DNA from: Chiloscyllium plagiosum
Lineage: Eukaryota
Direction: 5' to 3'
Length of the DNA stretch: 64,000 nucleotides
NCBI RefSeq assembly: GCF_004010195.1
Contig: NC_057718.1
Location: 54,882,497-54,946,496, forward strand
Part shown: one piece after another, positions 26,930-39,140 of the stretch
How the letters are laid out: the number at the start of each line of letters is the position of its first letter
How positions within the stretch are numbered: the first letter of the stretch is position 1
Translations under genes and position numbers: made by a program
Notes under the pieces: generated by a model
Database searches by the model: none
What the model was told of the DNA's origin: nothing
The model's input: only the letters and a program-made list of their open reading frames with translations

Positions 26930-27290
26930 CTAAGACAACATTTATTACCCACCCCTAATTACCCTCAAAAAGGCGATGGTGAATTGCTGCCTTGAACCAC
27001 TGCAATCTTTGGGGTCACTCACAGTGCTGTTAGGGAGAGTTCTGGTACTTGTGTGATATCAATGTTAATTGTCACTTGTCAGCCTGAACCTGAATGTTCT
27101 ATGCATCTTGCTGCATGATAAACTCAAGCTGCTTCAGTATCTGAGGAGCCGCAAATAGTGCTGAATATTGTGCAATCATCAGTGAACATCTCCAGTTCTG
27201 TCCTTATGATGGAGGGAAGGTCATTGATGAAGCGGCCGAAGGGTCTAACACAGTCGTTAAAGGAATTCTGGCAGAGATGTCCTGGAACAG
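26930..27290 (-). mobile_element. CR1/L2-clade LINE fragments (RT and 3' tail)
   Basis: Minus-strand FINDLPSIIRTELEMFTDDCT is an RT (F/Y)ADD region; same family as 54100-54790. Confidence 0.75.
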
Positions 27291-28042
27291 AAATGATTGA
27301 CACCCAAAACTCTGTTTTCTCTCCACAGATGCTGAGCTTTTCCATTACTTTTTGTTTTGATTTTTAACATTAATTTGTCTTGTCATTGAGCTCTATGCAG
27401 CAGTGGTAAGAGGAGAAGGTTTTGACTCATTTGTAGTCTCCTCCAGATGCTCATCATGCTTCATATATGCTACGAGAGAGGGAGAGAATCAGCCTTCTAA
27501 ATCTAGGGGCCCCTTGCAGAGGCCTCCCTGAGTACTGCCCATAGCTTCTCAGCCCTTTTGCCCCTGGACCTGACATCTCCAGTAGCCAGTGACAGAAGAA
27601 TATTCTGCAATTGAGCAAAAGCCAATCAGTAAGCCAGGTCCTTGAGGTACAAGACAGCTACAGAACTGTCAAGGTCTTTGTAGACCATAGGTAGCTTGTG
27701 GTCTGATAAGTTAGGAAAATACCCAGATATACTTGGGTTATTTTAGACTTAATACACGTTTGTCCTTTGCAATGTTGCATTGACATTGCTATTTGGACAT
27801 CGACAGATGGTTACGACATGGACTCTGCACTTTCTCCAAGGTATAGACTCCACTACACGTATTGGGGGTTTTTAGTGTCCCCTCTGTATCCTTCTTTGCT
27901 GAGTCAATGCAGTAGGTGGTCCCTTGCCTGTCCTGTGGCCTTGCTGGTGTCTGAGTCGTCTTCACTCTGAGCTATCCCTCCGATGGTCCTCAGAGGGTCC
28001 TGGTGGTGAGTGTGTTTGAAAGCTGAACGATCAGCCTTATCT

Positions 28043-30710
28043 AGAGGCAGAAATCAGAAAGCTGGAAAGTGAAGGACTCATTAAACCAGTCCAGTCTGCG
28101 GAATGGGCAGCACTGGTCATACCGATTGTGAAGCCTGAAGTCAGTTAGCCTTTGTTGGAATTTTAAACAAATGGTAAACTGCTTTTTGCAGATTTTTTTT
28201 ACCCAGTCCTTTGCATAGAGGATTTATACACAATGCTGGCAGGAGGACTGGAAATGAGCCATGTGTTGCAATTGTGGTTAATGAGGATTCCCAGAAGTAT
28301 GCTACACTTAATACCCATAAGGGTTTGTACAAATATATGAGACTGCCAGCTTGGAATATTGGCAGCCTGTGCAGTTTTTCATAGGGAACATTTAATAAGG
28401 TGGACAACCCAGGTCCCTATTTATCAAGTTGACCTGCTAATTAGAAAGATGACCAATAAGGAGAACTTAGAGATCTTAGACATAGTTCTTAGACATTTTT
28501 CTCAGGTAGGCGTACACATTAGAAGGGAGAAATGTGTGTTCCAAGTACTCCGCGATTTGTTTAGGCTACAGAATTGACAAGACCGGATTACACCTGTTGG
28601 AAGGTAAGTGAGGGCGATCCCTGGCTCCCGTGTTTGTATTGGAGCTTAGGTCTTTCCTTGGACTATTTAATTACCATGGAAAGTTCATACATAACCTGGC
28701 GTCCATCCTGGCACCTTTGCATCAACTCTCAAAAAGGGTCAGCCTTGGAAATGGTTGCATAGCCAAGCCATAGCTTTCAGGGAAGTGAAGAAACAGCTAT
28801 CATCCTCTAAAGCGTTGGCACACTGAGTCCAAGCAAGATCTAGTTTGGCATGTGATGCCTCCCCATACGGCATTGGGCTGATATTAACTCATAGGTGGCC
28901 CAAAGGAGAGAAATGCTCAGTAATGTATATATTAAGGATTCTGGCTAATGCAGAGCATAAATACATTCAGTTAGAGAAGAAAGGTTCCACCAATACCTTT
29001 ATGGACCTACACTTGTAATAATAATGACCCACAAACCCCTACTAGGTCTAAATAAAGAGGACAAGGCAGCGCTGCCCATAGCTTCAGGTTGAATTCAGCA
29101 GTGAGCTCTAATAGCACGTGTGTAAAGTTACAACTTGGAACATAGTCCAGGAGGCCAAATAGCAAATGTGGAAGCACTGAGCCACCTCCCGCTGGCAGAT
29201 ACACCACCAGTGGTACTGCCACTAGAAAAGTCAGTGACGGATTTAAATTTTCTAGAAACATTTCCAGTCACAGCTGACAATATCAGACTTTGAGGGCAGA
29301 AAAATCTGTTCCATGCAAAACAGAAACAGCTGGCGATGATGGGGAAACCAAAGGGCTGTCGCAAGCAGAATCAAAACTTGTTGGAACCAGAGAAACTGGA
29401 TTACAGCAGAGGACTGCCTATTATGGGGAGCAAGAGTAATTGTTGCGAGCAAAGGTTGCTGCCACATACTGACTAAACTCCACCAGGGTCATCGAGGGAT
29501 TTCCAAAATGAAGATGTTGACGATGTCTAACAGTCAGGATTGGATGTCGACATGGCCATGTTGGTGGGCAGTATTTAGAATTTCAAAGGACACAAATTAT
29601 GTTCAGCAGCTCCCACATATTCGTCGGAATGGTCTGGTATACCCTGGACTCGGTTATAAATCGACTGTGCAGGTCCTTTCATGGACTCAACGTCCTTAGT
29701 CATTGTGGATGCCCACTCAAAGTGGCTGGACATGCATAGAGTTCATTTGTCAAACACAGGAATGACGAATAGAAAAGCTGCAAGAATCTCTTGTAATACA
29801 CAGACTCCCAGAAGTGCATGTCCCAGATAATAGGCCATCATTCATCAGCAGTGCATTTGAGTATTACCGAAAGTTGAATGGTATTCAACTAATAAGGACA
29901 GGTCCATATCATGCATCATCCAATGGTCTGGAAGAAAGAGCAGTCCAAACTTTGAAGACAAGGTTAAAGAAACAGCCTACAGCTTTACTAAACACCAAAC
30001 TGTCCAGGTTCCTATTTGCTCTCTTGCAACTACAGGAGTAGCTCCAGCAATGTTGCTAATGGGGAGAAAATATTGCACCAGGTTAAATTTGAACTTCCCA
30101 GACCTGGAGGTGAGGGTGAAATGGCATCAGACTCCGCTAACCAAGAGAGACAGTTTACTTCAGGGGGTGAAGTTTGGTGTAGGAACTACAGGAAAGGCCC
30201 TGCATAAGTAAGGGGCACAAGTCATCACGAGGTCAGGTCCAGTGACAATAAAGTTTGACGGTTTTGAATAAGCATGTGGACCATATGAAAGCTGCAAATA
30301 GTGCAAGAGCAAAACATGCCTGGCTCCTCAAAAGCTTTTCCAACTATTCTGGATCCCATGAATTCTCTCTTTGTCAAATGTTGAAGATACCTTGGAATCT
30401 GAGATGGGCACAGCAGATATTGTCACCTTTGCTCCTGAAGACATGAATGAATTTCTTCCAAAATGCTCCGGGTGCAAGAGGCAAGCTACTGTGTATTACA
30501 CAGCATCCATGTCAGAGACAGAGTCGGAGGTGCTAAAATGCCCCAGGAGAAGCTACAAAAAAAAGTATCAGCCAATGTACTCAGACTCAGTGATGTAGTG
30601 ATTGTAACAAGGTTAGCCAAGTGGACTCATATAGAAAATGAGTTCTCTGACGGGGCTGCTTAGTTGATCCACTCAGGGAGCCCTGGCTAACACTTAAGAA
30701 CAGGAGTATT
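28043..30710 (+). mobile_element. Gypsy LTR retrotransposon remnant: RT, RNase H, integrase and partial 3' LTR
   Basis: EAEIRKLESEGLIKPVQSAEWAALVIPIVKP (RT start); CDASPYGIG (RNase H); GPYHASSNGLEERAVQTLK (integrase); LTR start tgtagtgattgtaacaagg at about 30594; multiple stops and frameshifts. Confidence 0.93.
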
Positions 30711-30863
30711 ACCCCATCCCGTACTTTCCTCGGGAACCTGTGTCCCACAACCTGAGCTGCCTCCAGAATTTTAGTTTTGTCCCTTTTAGGGACATAAAAC
30801 AGCAGGCCCTGTATCGACTGCTGCTGCACTCCGTCCACCTCTTCTCCCTCATCCACCGTCCGG
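30711..30863 (+). mobile_element. Tx1/L1-clade LINE ORF2 fragment running into the assembly gap
   Basis: HNLSCLQNFSFVPFRDIKQQALYRLLLHSVHLFSLIHRP resembles the Tx1-type region preceding the C-terminal zinc-binding domain. Confidence 0.6.
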
Positions 30864-31363
30864 NNNNNNNNNNNNNNNNNNNNNNNNNNNNNNNNNNNNN
30901 NNNNNNNNNNNNNNNNNNNNNNNNNNNNNNNNNNNNNNNNNNNNNNNNNNNNNNNNNNNNNNNNNNNNNNNNNNNNNNNNNNNNNNNNNNNNNNNNNNNN
31001 NNNNNNNNNNNNNNNNNNNNNNNNNNNNNNNNNNNNNNNNNNNNNNNNNNNNNNNNNNNNNNNNNNNNNNNNNNNNNNNNNNNNNNNNNNNNNNNNNNNN
31101 NNNNNNNNNNNNNNNNNNNNNNNNNNNNNNNNNNNNNNNNNNNNNNNNNNNNNNNNNNNNNNNNNNNNNNNNNNNNNNNNNNNNNNNNNNNNNNNNNNNN
31201 NNNNNNNNNNNNNNNNNNNNNNNNNNNNNNNNNNNNNNNNNNNNNNNNNNNNNNNNNNNNNNNNNNNNNNNNNNNNNNNNNNNNNNNNNNNNNNNNNNNN
31301 NNNNNNNNNNNNNNNNNNNNNNNNNNNNNNNNNNNNNNNNNNNNNNNNNNNNNNNNNNNNNNN
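30864..31363. other. Assembly gap (500 N)
   Basis: Run of N. Confidence 1.
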
Positions 31364-31403
31364 TCATGTATGTCTAATTACAAAACGAATTTTTTTATTC
31401 CAG

Positions 31404-31427
31404 AATTATATATTTTTTGGGCCACAT
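31404..31427 (+). CDS. Candidate 24-nt microexon of the host gene
   Basis: Branch-like tctaat, then tttttttattccag|AATTATATATTTTTTGGGCCACAT|gtaagt; length divisible by 3 and no internal stop in any frame. Confidence 0.35.
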
Positions 31428-33279
31428 GTAAGTCAGAGCTACAGTATGGTGCTGAACAAATTACTTCATGGTGCGCATGCATCCAACTGGCTTAGATACT
31501 TGATATAAGCCTGTTTTCAATTAACTTTGTTTTGACTATCCGCTGTAGTTTAACGTCAACAGTGCAAATTCACTTGATTCTGCAATACACCAGGATAAAG
31601 TGAAAATAAGAAATGAAACAGAAAATGTTGCACCATGATAAATTTATATAGGAAGCAGTAAACAAAAAAAAATAACTTAATGTTGTTGTGGGACAAGTTT
31701 AGGTGTAATTAGTAAGGGTTTATGTGTCAATGTTATGACCTTGTTGAAATGCTTTACATACCACTGTTGGAACTCAACTATCAGTCACCACCCTCTAAAA
31801 AGAATCCAGATGGGTCTGTAAATTATATTGCAAACAACATTGAATTTATTTAATGGAAGTGCAGTAAGCTCTATTTCCTATTCCCAAAGTTCTGTTACAT
31901 ATTGCACACCCTTGTTTTCTTATTAATTTTATGCAGCTGTTTTAGATTCTAAAAAAAACTGATTTAAAATGTACAATGTATGGTGCTCCAAGTAAATATA
32001 TATCGCATGATTTTGTTTTGTGAACTTAAGTTGAAACAGTGTGAGGCGAAGTTCAGATTTTGCTGAGCTCTTGCCAATATTTTGTGAGGTTGGGAGGTCA
32101 AACAATAGATATGGAATGAAAGGAGTGTTCAAGCTATAGTCTTGTTTTAGTAATGTAAGGCATAGCAGGTACAGACTGTATTTCACAGTTACAATGTTTT
32201 CATTGTTTCTAATAATAATAATCTATTATCTATTAAATGTTTTAGTTGCATTAAACTTAACGTGTTCTTAAAATCAAAGCAAATGCTCTCTCCCCATGTA
32301 TGTGATCTTAACTTGATTGCAAAATTATGGAAAAAGCAATATTATTTCAGAAAAGATCAAGTACAACCAGATTATTTTAAAATTATTTCAGCAAAGTAAA
32401 TTAAATATCTTTTTCCTCTTTATTTGATGATAAAACTGAGATGAAGGTCTAGAATTTGCTGGGAAAATAATGATGTTTAATACCTAAACTGAAAACAGTG
32501 TGTAAAGAAAATTAAATTTTTTTGGTGACAGAGATTTGCCATGAACCATCCCACATTGTCAAATCTGGAGCTCACGTCAACATCCCTTTCAGTTTCAAGA
32601 TATTGTTGCATTTTACACTTAGACAACTTAACCATGACGCAATAAGTTAGGTCTTGTGTTCAGTGATATAAGGGCCCTTTTAGTATTGAGGTTTGTTGAG
32701 GTCGAACTTGGTATAGTTGAAACAGTTAAGCCTCCTCCCTACAAGAGGTTGTACTAAGAGGTATTTCAAATTTGAAGCTTAATATTTTGTGTTACTTTTG
32801 TTTTCTGTCTTTTTTCTTTCTGTTAGATGTAAACTTTTTATCCCTTTGTTTCTTTGATGTATCTAATCTGACTCTAGGTTCCCCATTTCCATTTTTTGTT
32901 GCTTTGTTGCTTCTTTCATCATTTGAATTGCATTGGATAATGACATACTGTTGGTTCCTTTGTTTGTTACTGCACAGTTGTTAGCTACCACTGCAAATAT
33001 ATTTTTGGCCCAGAAATTGCCTCATTCTATTGTTTGGATAAGTGGTTCAGTGGTTGAAATGAGTATCTAATTTGAGTAGGGTATGGAGCCTCACATGAAA
33101 ACAGGATTGTAAATGTGGAAGAGAAAAAGTATAGTCTTTGCCGATTCTGAACTAGATAATCCTGGCCAGCTGTTCTGTTCACTTAGCAATTGCCTTGTGG
33201 CTCAGAGATTTCTTTGACAGATGACTTTGCTGTAAACAGCTCCTTGGATAAAAATTGGAATTATAATTAGAATTAGCCT

Positions 33280-34095
33280 TTATTGACAAATATACTCAAT
33301 AAGGATAATGAAAAGTTTATACAGCACCATCTTCAGTACAAAGGTACCGAGGTACAGCTTCTTTAATTTCGAGATCTTAGACAATCGAGAAATAAAGTTG
33401 TGTCCAGTGTTGCAGAAATTAAAATTCAGAACAACAAACCACGCTGGCACCAGCTTTCTGGGTGCTGGCTCCAGACTGCACCGGGCTTCACCTTGAGGAT
33501 CATGAGGCTGCAAGACTGCTTCAGACCGCCACGCTGGGCTGAGAGAACACCATGCCAGGAGGCCGCTACAATAGACAGGGAGACCACTATGCCATGCATG
33601 TACTTCACCACGCCCAGCTGGGAGGCCTCTGCGCCCGGCCGGGAGGATCACCGAGCCACACAGGGAGGTCTCTGCATTGGGAGGATCACTGAGCCACGCA
33701 GCGAGGCCTCTGCGCCCGGCTGGGAGGATCACTGAGCCATGCGGGGTGGCCTCTGCCCCAGGCTGGGAGGATCACTGAGCCATGCAGGGAGGCCTCTGCA
33801 TTGGGAGGATCACTGAGCTACACGGGGAGGCTACTGCACCAGGCCAGGCAAATCATTGAGCCATGCAGGGAGGTCTCTGCGCTAGGTCAGGATGATCGCT
33901 GAGCCATGCAGGCAGGCCGCCGCGGCAGGCTGGGAGTCGCTGGAGACAGGGGGTTATCCAAGGCTGGAAGTCATCATCTGAGGCTGGAAGTTGTCAAAGC
34001 TGGAAGCCAAGACTCATCGAGAGAAGAAGAAAAACACTAAGTGGGGAAAAAAAGAGCTCCGGCTGGACCATCCTACTCCACAGCCATCCTGGATC
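33280..34095 (-). mobile_element. Non-coding, non-autonomous retroelement with an internal GC-rich minisatellite and a Rex1-like 3' tail
   Basis: Minus strand starts caggatggctgtggagtagg and ends ..gtactgaagatggtgctgtataaacttttc..tgtcaataa. Confidence 0.55.
33620..33935. repeat. Minisatellite of 43/38-bp units
   Basis: Units gggaggcctctgc..gggaggatcactgagccatgca start at 33620, 33663, 33701, 33744, 33787, 33825, 33868 and 33911. Confidence 0.9.
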
Positions 34096-34494
34096 TTTGA
34101 AAGTATGTACTGCATGATGTACTGTTGGCTGCAGAAACACTGTACATTTATAGAATGGAATTCTTTCCTGCTCCTCATTCCAGTTTAAAGGAGAGATTTG
34201 CATTGCTACATTGTGCAGTTACTTGCTTCCTGGACCGGGCAAAATTCCTTAATTCTGTTGAATCCTCGTGCTTCATGTTTCTGGATTTCTCTGATAAGAG
34301 GGAAGATTAGGTAATGATTTCTTCGACTGTTAAGCCTCAGCAGTCCTGTTATCCGGAAGTGCCTCGAGTGACAATAATCATTCAATTCAGTTCAATAAAT
34401 CAATTCCTCAATGGCCTCTCAGGTGAATGTAATAGATTCTGTGGCGTTAGTTCAAATATGAATAGGGGAAAATCACCTTAGAACCACCCAAGCC

Positions 34495-34965
34495 TATATT
34501 TAATACAAAACATAAATAAAATGACCAAGAGTACCGATTGGCCTACCGCATTGCCGCCGCAGCTGACTGACACCAGCTGTAGATGCTGCCTTCTCCGCTG
34601 ACTGCAGAGGCCACCTTGCCATTGCTGCCATCTTGAAAGCTGGTGCCACCACCACTATCTCAAGTCCTGCGCTGTACCTACGAACATCAAAATCACGAAG
34701 CTCCGGCACCATCCATCACCGCTGGGTCCACACTCACTGCAGCCATTAGCTCTCTAAGGGCTTGCTCTCCTCAAGGAGCTGATTCCCACTGCTGCTGCCA
34801 CCAATGCTCTGGAGGCCAGGCCTTCTCTTACCCTGCCAAAGATGCCAAAAAAAGGCCTTCAAGGAGGAAAAAAGCAAAAGCAAAAAAGAAACAAATAAAG
34901 CAGATGATGTGCCGGGCGAGGAGCTTGGACGCAGCGCCACCAGCGCCACCTATCTTGTTTGCAGC
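34495..34965 (-). mobile_element. Second GC-rich non-coding retroelement-like insertion
   Basis: Minus strand begins aagataggtggcgctggtggcgc, then a T-rich tract, a GC-rich body with caagatggc and an AT-rich end. Confidence 0.4.
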
Positions 34966-35177
34966 TTAACACCATATCTAAGAGATGGCGCGTCCAGCAA
35001 TGTATTATTCCTTCCATACAGCACAGAAATATAGATATAAGAGAATATTAGTGATTTAATTTATTCTCCAAGCCACTGATAATGTATGTAATATAAAATT
35101 GAGATTTTTGAAATAATGCCTCTACAAATATGAAATCTATATGTTAGCAAGCCACACTTTGAGCTGATTCATAAGGT

Positions 35178-35264
35178 GAAAGTGCTTATGCCTGAAATGT
35201 CGATTCTTCTGCTGCTTAGGGGCTGTCTGACCTGCTGTGCTTTTCCAGCACCACACTCTTGACT
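35178..35264 (+). mobile_element. PLE family A terminal fragment
   Basis: gtgcttatgcctgaaatgtcgattc..ctgacctgctgtgcttttccagca; 14-bp TSD ctga(t/c)tcataaggt. Confidence 0.75.
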
Positions 35265-36419
35265 CTGACTCATAAGGTCACAGCTATGGAACATGAACAG
35301 ATAAATCTGAAAATTATCAGTAAGTCAGGCATCATATCTTGTTAGAGAAACAAAGTTAATGGGTTTGATTTTCAGTCCTAGGTAGGGAATCCAATACTAC
35401 TTTGAAATGTTCAGCTATTAATTGGGCCAAAAATGAGCCATGGCACCCAATTCTGGTGGCAGGTGCTGTGTGCAGGTGGGTATTGCTCTAGATTGCAATG
35501 CTCATAGACACATGGCAGCCATGACAGGGAAGCCTTAGGAGATCACAGGGCCAGCAGTATCACAGGTCATACAGATGGCCAAATGGTTAATCCAACGCAC
35601 TTAATGCACTCTGGTTGAATCCTGCTATTTTTCCATTGCATTTTATTTATCAGGCACATTACCAAATGGTCCTACTCTTTGCTCATGTCAAATTACCTCT
35701 TGTGTAAAACAGCACATTCACTTTTCCTGACATACAATTTTAAAAACCTCTTCTGCCTTTGCAGCCCATTAAAAAGCTTTTTGAGGAGTTCAGCAGGACA
35801 TTAATGGGAGGTGCCAGCATCCCCGTCCACCACACCTCTCAAGTATTCTTGCTTTGAATGTAATGTTGCAGTCTAGAGATGTTGGAAGACTGACATGCTA
35901 TTCAGGAAGTCTATTTTTGAAGTGCATCTATACCCAAGGTCAAACAGAAGGACATTTGAAAATCTAGTCCAAAGTCCACATCTGTGAGCCTCCTTCAGAA
36001 CTTTAGGATCTGATATTCACTGTCAGTCTCTTCATTTTCCTCCTCCTCTTTGTAACTATTATTTACTGTACTGTTGGCTTGCCTTCTGTTTCTGATTTAA
36101 TGGGCTAACCATCAGGTAGCTTCTGAAATCTGAGAATTCGTGTTTCCTTCAGACGTTGTTTTTGAGAGGCAAGGTATCTTATTCTACTGGCAAGATGAGT
36201 TGAGAAGATTACACTAAACCATTGTATGGAGGAACAGACGAAAGAAGTTCAAATGGGAACTGTGAAAATAGGAAACATTGTAGTACAGGATCCCTTTTCC
36301 ATTCAGGACTCTTTTATGATGCAGATTTTCAGAATCTGTTGAAAGCAGAAGGATAATTGCACAATTTCAAAATACTGCTGCAATCACTGCTGAAGTCCCT
36401 TCCTAGACATTGATTGCCA

Positions 36420-37490
36420 ACATATATTTCTTGACAAAAGACACATTTATGTTGCACTAATTAGGAAAATTTGTAATCTGCCAATTCAAGGGAAATGCTA
36501 CTATTTATACTGCATGAGAGGAGAGTGCTGATTGGTTGGCAAATGGATTTTGATAGTGGGATTGTCACGGAAATGCATCAGTTAATAATGATTGACAGAT
36601 AACCACCAGGCTTTGTTTAAAATTTAAACCAATTTGATTGGGCAGGACATTGCCCTGAGAAAAAAATTAGCAAATTGCGATCATTTATTGGTTGAATTCA
36701 AACAAGCATATGACCTTTCTTCTGTAGAGAACACTTTCCTGCAATTAATACATGTAGTTTCCAGTGCATACTGTGAGCAGCACACTCTGAGCCAGACTGA
36801 CAATCCTAAATTATTTGTCAGAGTAATTCTTTGCACTTAGGATGATGTAGCAAATGTTCAATTGATGAATCACATCTAATGTTGGACAATAAGTTGTGAA
36901 GTTTTCAAGCATGGGCTTGTTGGGTACAGTCAGTACCTTGTTTATTGAGTACAGCGAAAGATATGCTGTTTGATACCATCCATCAGAATTTGGAATGTAG
37001 GTTGTACATACCTAGCATCTCATTGGCATTGAAACTCATAGACCACATTACTTACTTATGTAGCAGGCAGAACATCTTTTGGCTTAATGGCAGCATCCTA
37101 GCGGCAATGAATTTCACTGGTGTTTCTACTGTGTATTAGAAGTACGAAACAGCTGGCTTAATCTGTCGCTCAAGCTTCTGAGATACCATACCCTTCCATG
37201 TACTTTTCGTGACCAAGAGAAACCTCTGCAGACTTTTAAAGAGCTTATATAATATGCAGTGAGAGATTATTGAATCCAGGTAGCCATTATGCCACAGGAT
37301 GGCTCTGATATGTCCTGTTTCAATCTCAGTTTCGCAGAATGAATAAATGATTCAGGTCTTGTTTGCAAGGTTCTCTCATTGAATTGGTATTCTTACAAAT
37401 TGTCCTGACGAGTGCAAGACAAACGAGCTTCAATAAAATGTGTTTTTTTCAAGCAATTACTCAAGTTCTGTATTACCAAATAACTATTTT
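36420..37490 (-). mobile_element. Penelope-like element (family D): GIY-YIG remnant between inverted terminal repeats
   Basis: Minus-strand KDVLPAT*VSNVVYEFQCQ*DARYV..T..ILMDGIKQH; 36420-36490 is an inverted, partly deleted copy of 37378-37460, which contains tgtc-ctgacga-gtgcaagac. Confidence 0.8.
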
Positions 37491-37974
37491 TAGCAGGTAG
37501 TCCTGTAATTCCAGCCTGCTAATGGATACATAAACTTTGATAATTAAGCCATTGATTTTAGACTGGAGATTGTTTCAGTGTGAGTAAGGAGAAACACAGT
37601 AAATGACCAGTAGACTTGGAAATAATGATATTGGTCCGAATGCATCTCATATACCTGAAAACTGAACCCCAGTTTGAACCAGGTCCATCAATTCCCAGTT
37701 TAACCGATTTTTCCTTCTGGGAGGGAAGATCAGGCCAAACTTCAAGATATTTGTTTGAAGAGTATATATTATAATGAAACACGTAATGATTGTGCCACAG
37801 AGCTCGCTGCCCTAGACCGCTCCAGTTCCATCCTTCCAATTGATACTCTCTCACATGACTACTGAGATCAGAATACATCACAGCATACCTCAGATGCCCA
37901 TCTGCAGATTATTTAAACTGCTTCATTACAACAATGAGATTTGTCTGATTTCTTCAGGAGTGGGGAATGTTGGT

Positions 37975-38305
37975 TAGATTAGAGATTAGATTCCGTACAG
38001 TGTGGAAACAGGCCCTTCAGCCCAACAAGTCCACACTGACCCTCCGAAGAGCAACCCATCCAGACCCTTTCCCCTACATTTACCCCGACTAATCCACCTA
38101 ACACTACGGGCAATTTAGCATAACCAATTCACCTAACCTGCACATTGTTTAGACTGTGGGAAGAAACTAGAGCCCCGGAGAAAACCCACGCAGACATGGG
38201 GAGAATGTACAAACTCCACACAGACAGTTGCCTGAGAAAGAAATTGAACCCGGGTCTTTGGCGCTGTGAGGCAGCAGTGCTGACCACTGAGCCACCATAC
38301 CTCCC
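37975..38305 (-). mobile_element. HE1/V-SINE
   Basis: tRNA head, V-domain and tail. Confidence 0.93.
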
Positions 38306-38694
38306 CAAAGTGTTGCAGCTGGACTGAAAAATTCTGCTATGAGGTCAAGAAAGCCAGAAAAGCAGGTTTTCCGAATGTAACTGCAGGCTATTCAAACTGT
38401 TTTCTTTAAGATTGTAACCCACAGGCAGCATAAATGACGGGCTGGAGGTCAACATCATTGGCTAAAATCTACAAGCGGAGTTAAGTAGATTGAGGAATTG
38501 GATGGGAACAATAAGGCCTCTAGTCTTTGGGAAAGGATTAGACAACAGTCAAAAGGATACAGTGGTGCTTGTGAGTTTGAATGATAGTCATTGGGGAGCT
38601 AAGGTCATCTGAGGAGGGGATTTACTATGTTGCTTACTGACCCTGCAGGAAACATTTCTACTTCTACTACACAAAATAGGTTGTGTGTCTTAAC

Positions 38695-39140
38695 TGTGGT
38701 ATAGTTAATGGCACTCTTGCCTTTGAGTCTGAAGGTTATACATTCAGGTCCTATTGCAAAATGTCAGCACGTAATCAAGGCTGACACTCTCATGCAGCGC
38801 TAAGTGAGCATTGTGCTATCAGAGGTGTCATCCTTCAGATGTGAAGTTAAATTGCAGTCCTGTCAGCCCTCTCAAATGGACAAAAGGACATGACTATTTT
38901 AAAGAATAGCAGGGGGCTTATCCCTAATGTCCTGACCAATAGTTATCCTCCAGTTGACATCTCAAAAACAGATTGTCTGGTCATTATCGCCGTGCTGTTC
39001 AGAGGGGCTTATTGTGTGCAGAAGTAGCTGTCTTATTTTCTGCATTGCAGGGATGATTAACTTCAAAGGTACTTATTTAGCTAGAAAGCCCTGGAAAGAG
39101 CCAATGATCCTGAAAAGTATTATACAAATACAAGCATCTT
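38695..39140 (+). mobile_element. DeuSINE-like SINE, near full length
   Basis: tRNA-like head; central domain agaggtgtcatccttcagatg..aagaatagcagggggcttatccctaatgtcctgaccaat; L2-type tail ..tatacaaatacaag. Confidence 0.75.

Noticed and set aside
30740..31495. Long ORFs spanning the N run
   Set aside because: Artefacts of translating the assembly gap.
33620..33935. CRISPR-like array; also a resemblance of gggaggatcactgagcc to 7SL/Alu sequence
   Set aside because: Units are contiguous with no unique spacers and no cas genes, in a eukaryotic context. The 7SL similarity is short and lacks the rest of the Alu domain, so it is probably coincidental.
34183..34310. Plus-strand exon with ccag and gtaatg boundaries
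   Set aside because: All three frames contain a stop before or at the donor, and no peptide was recognised.
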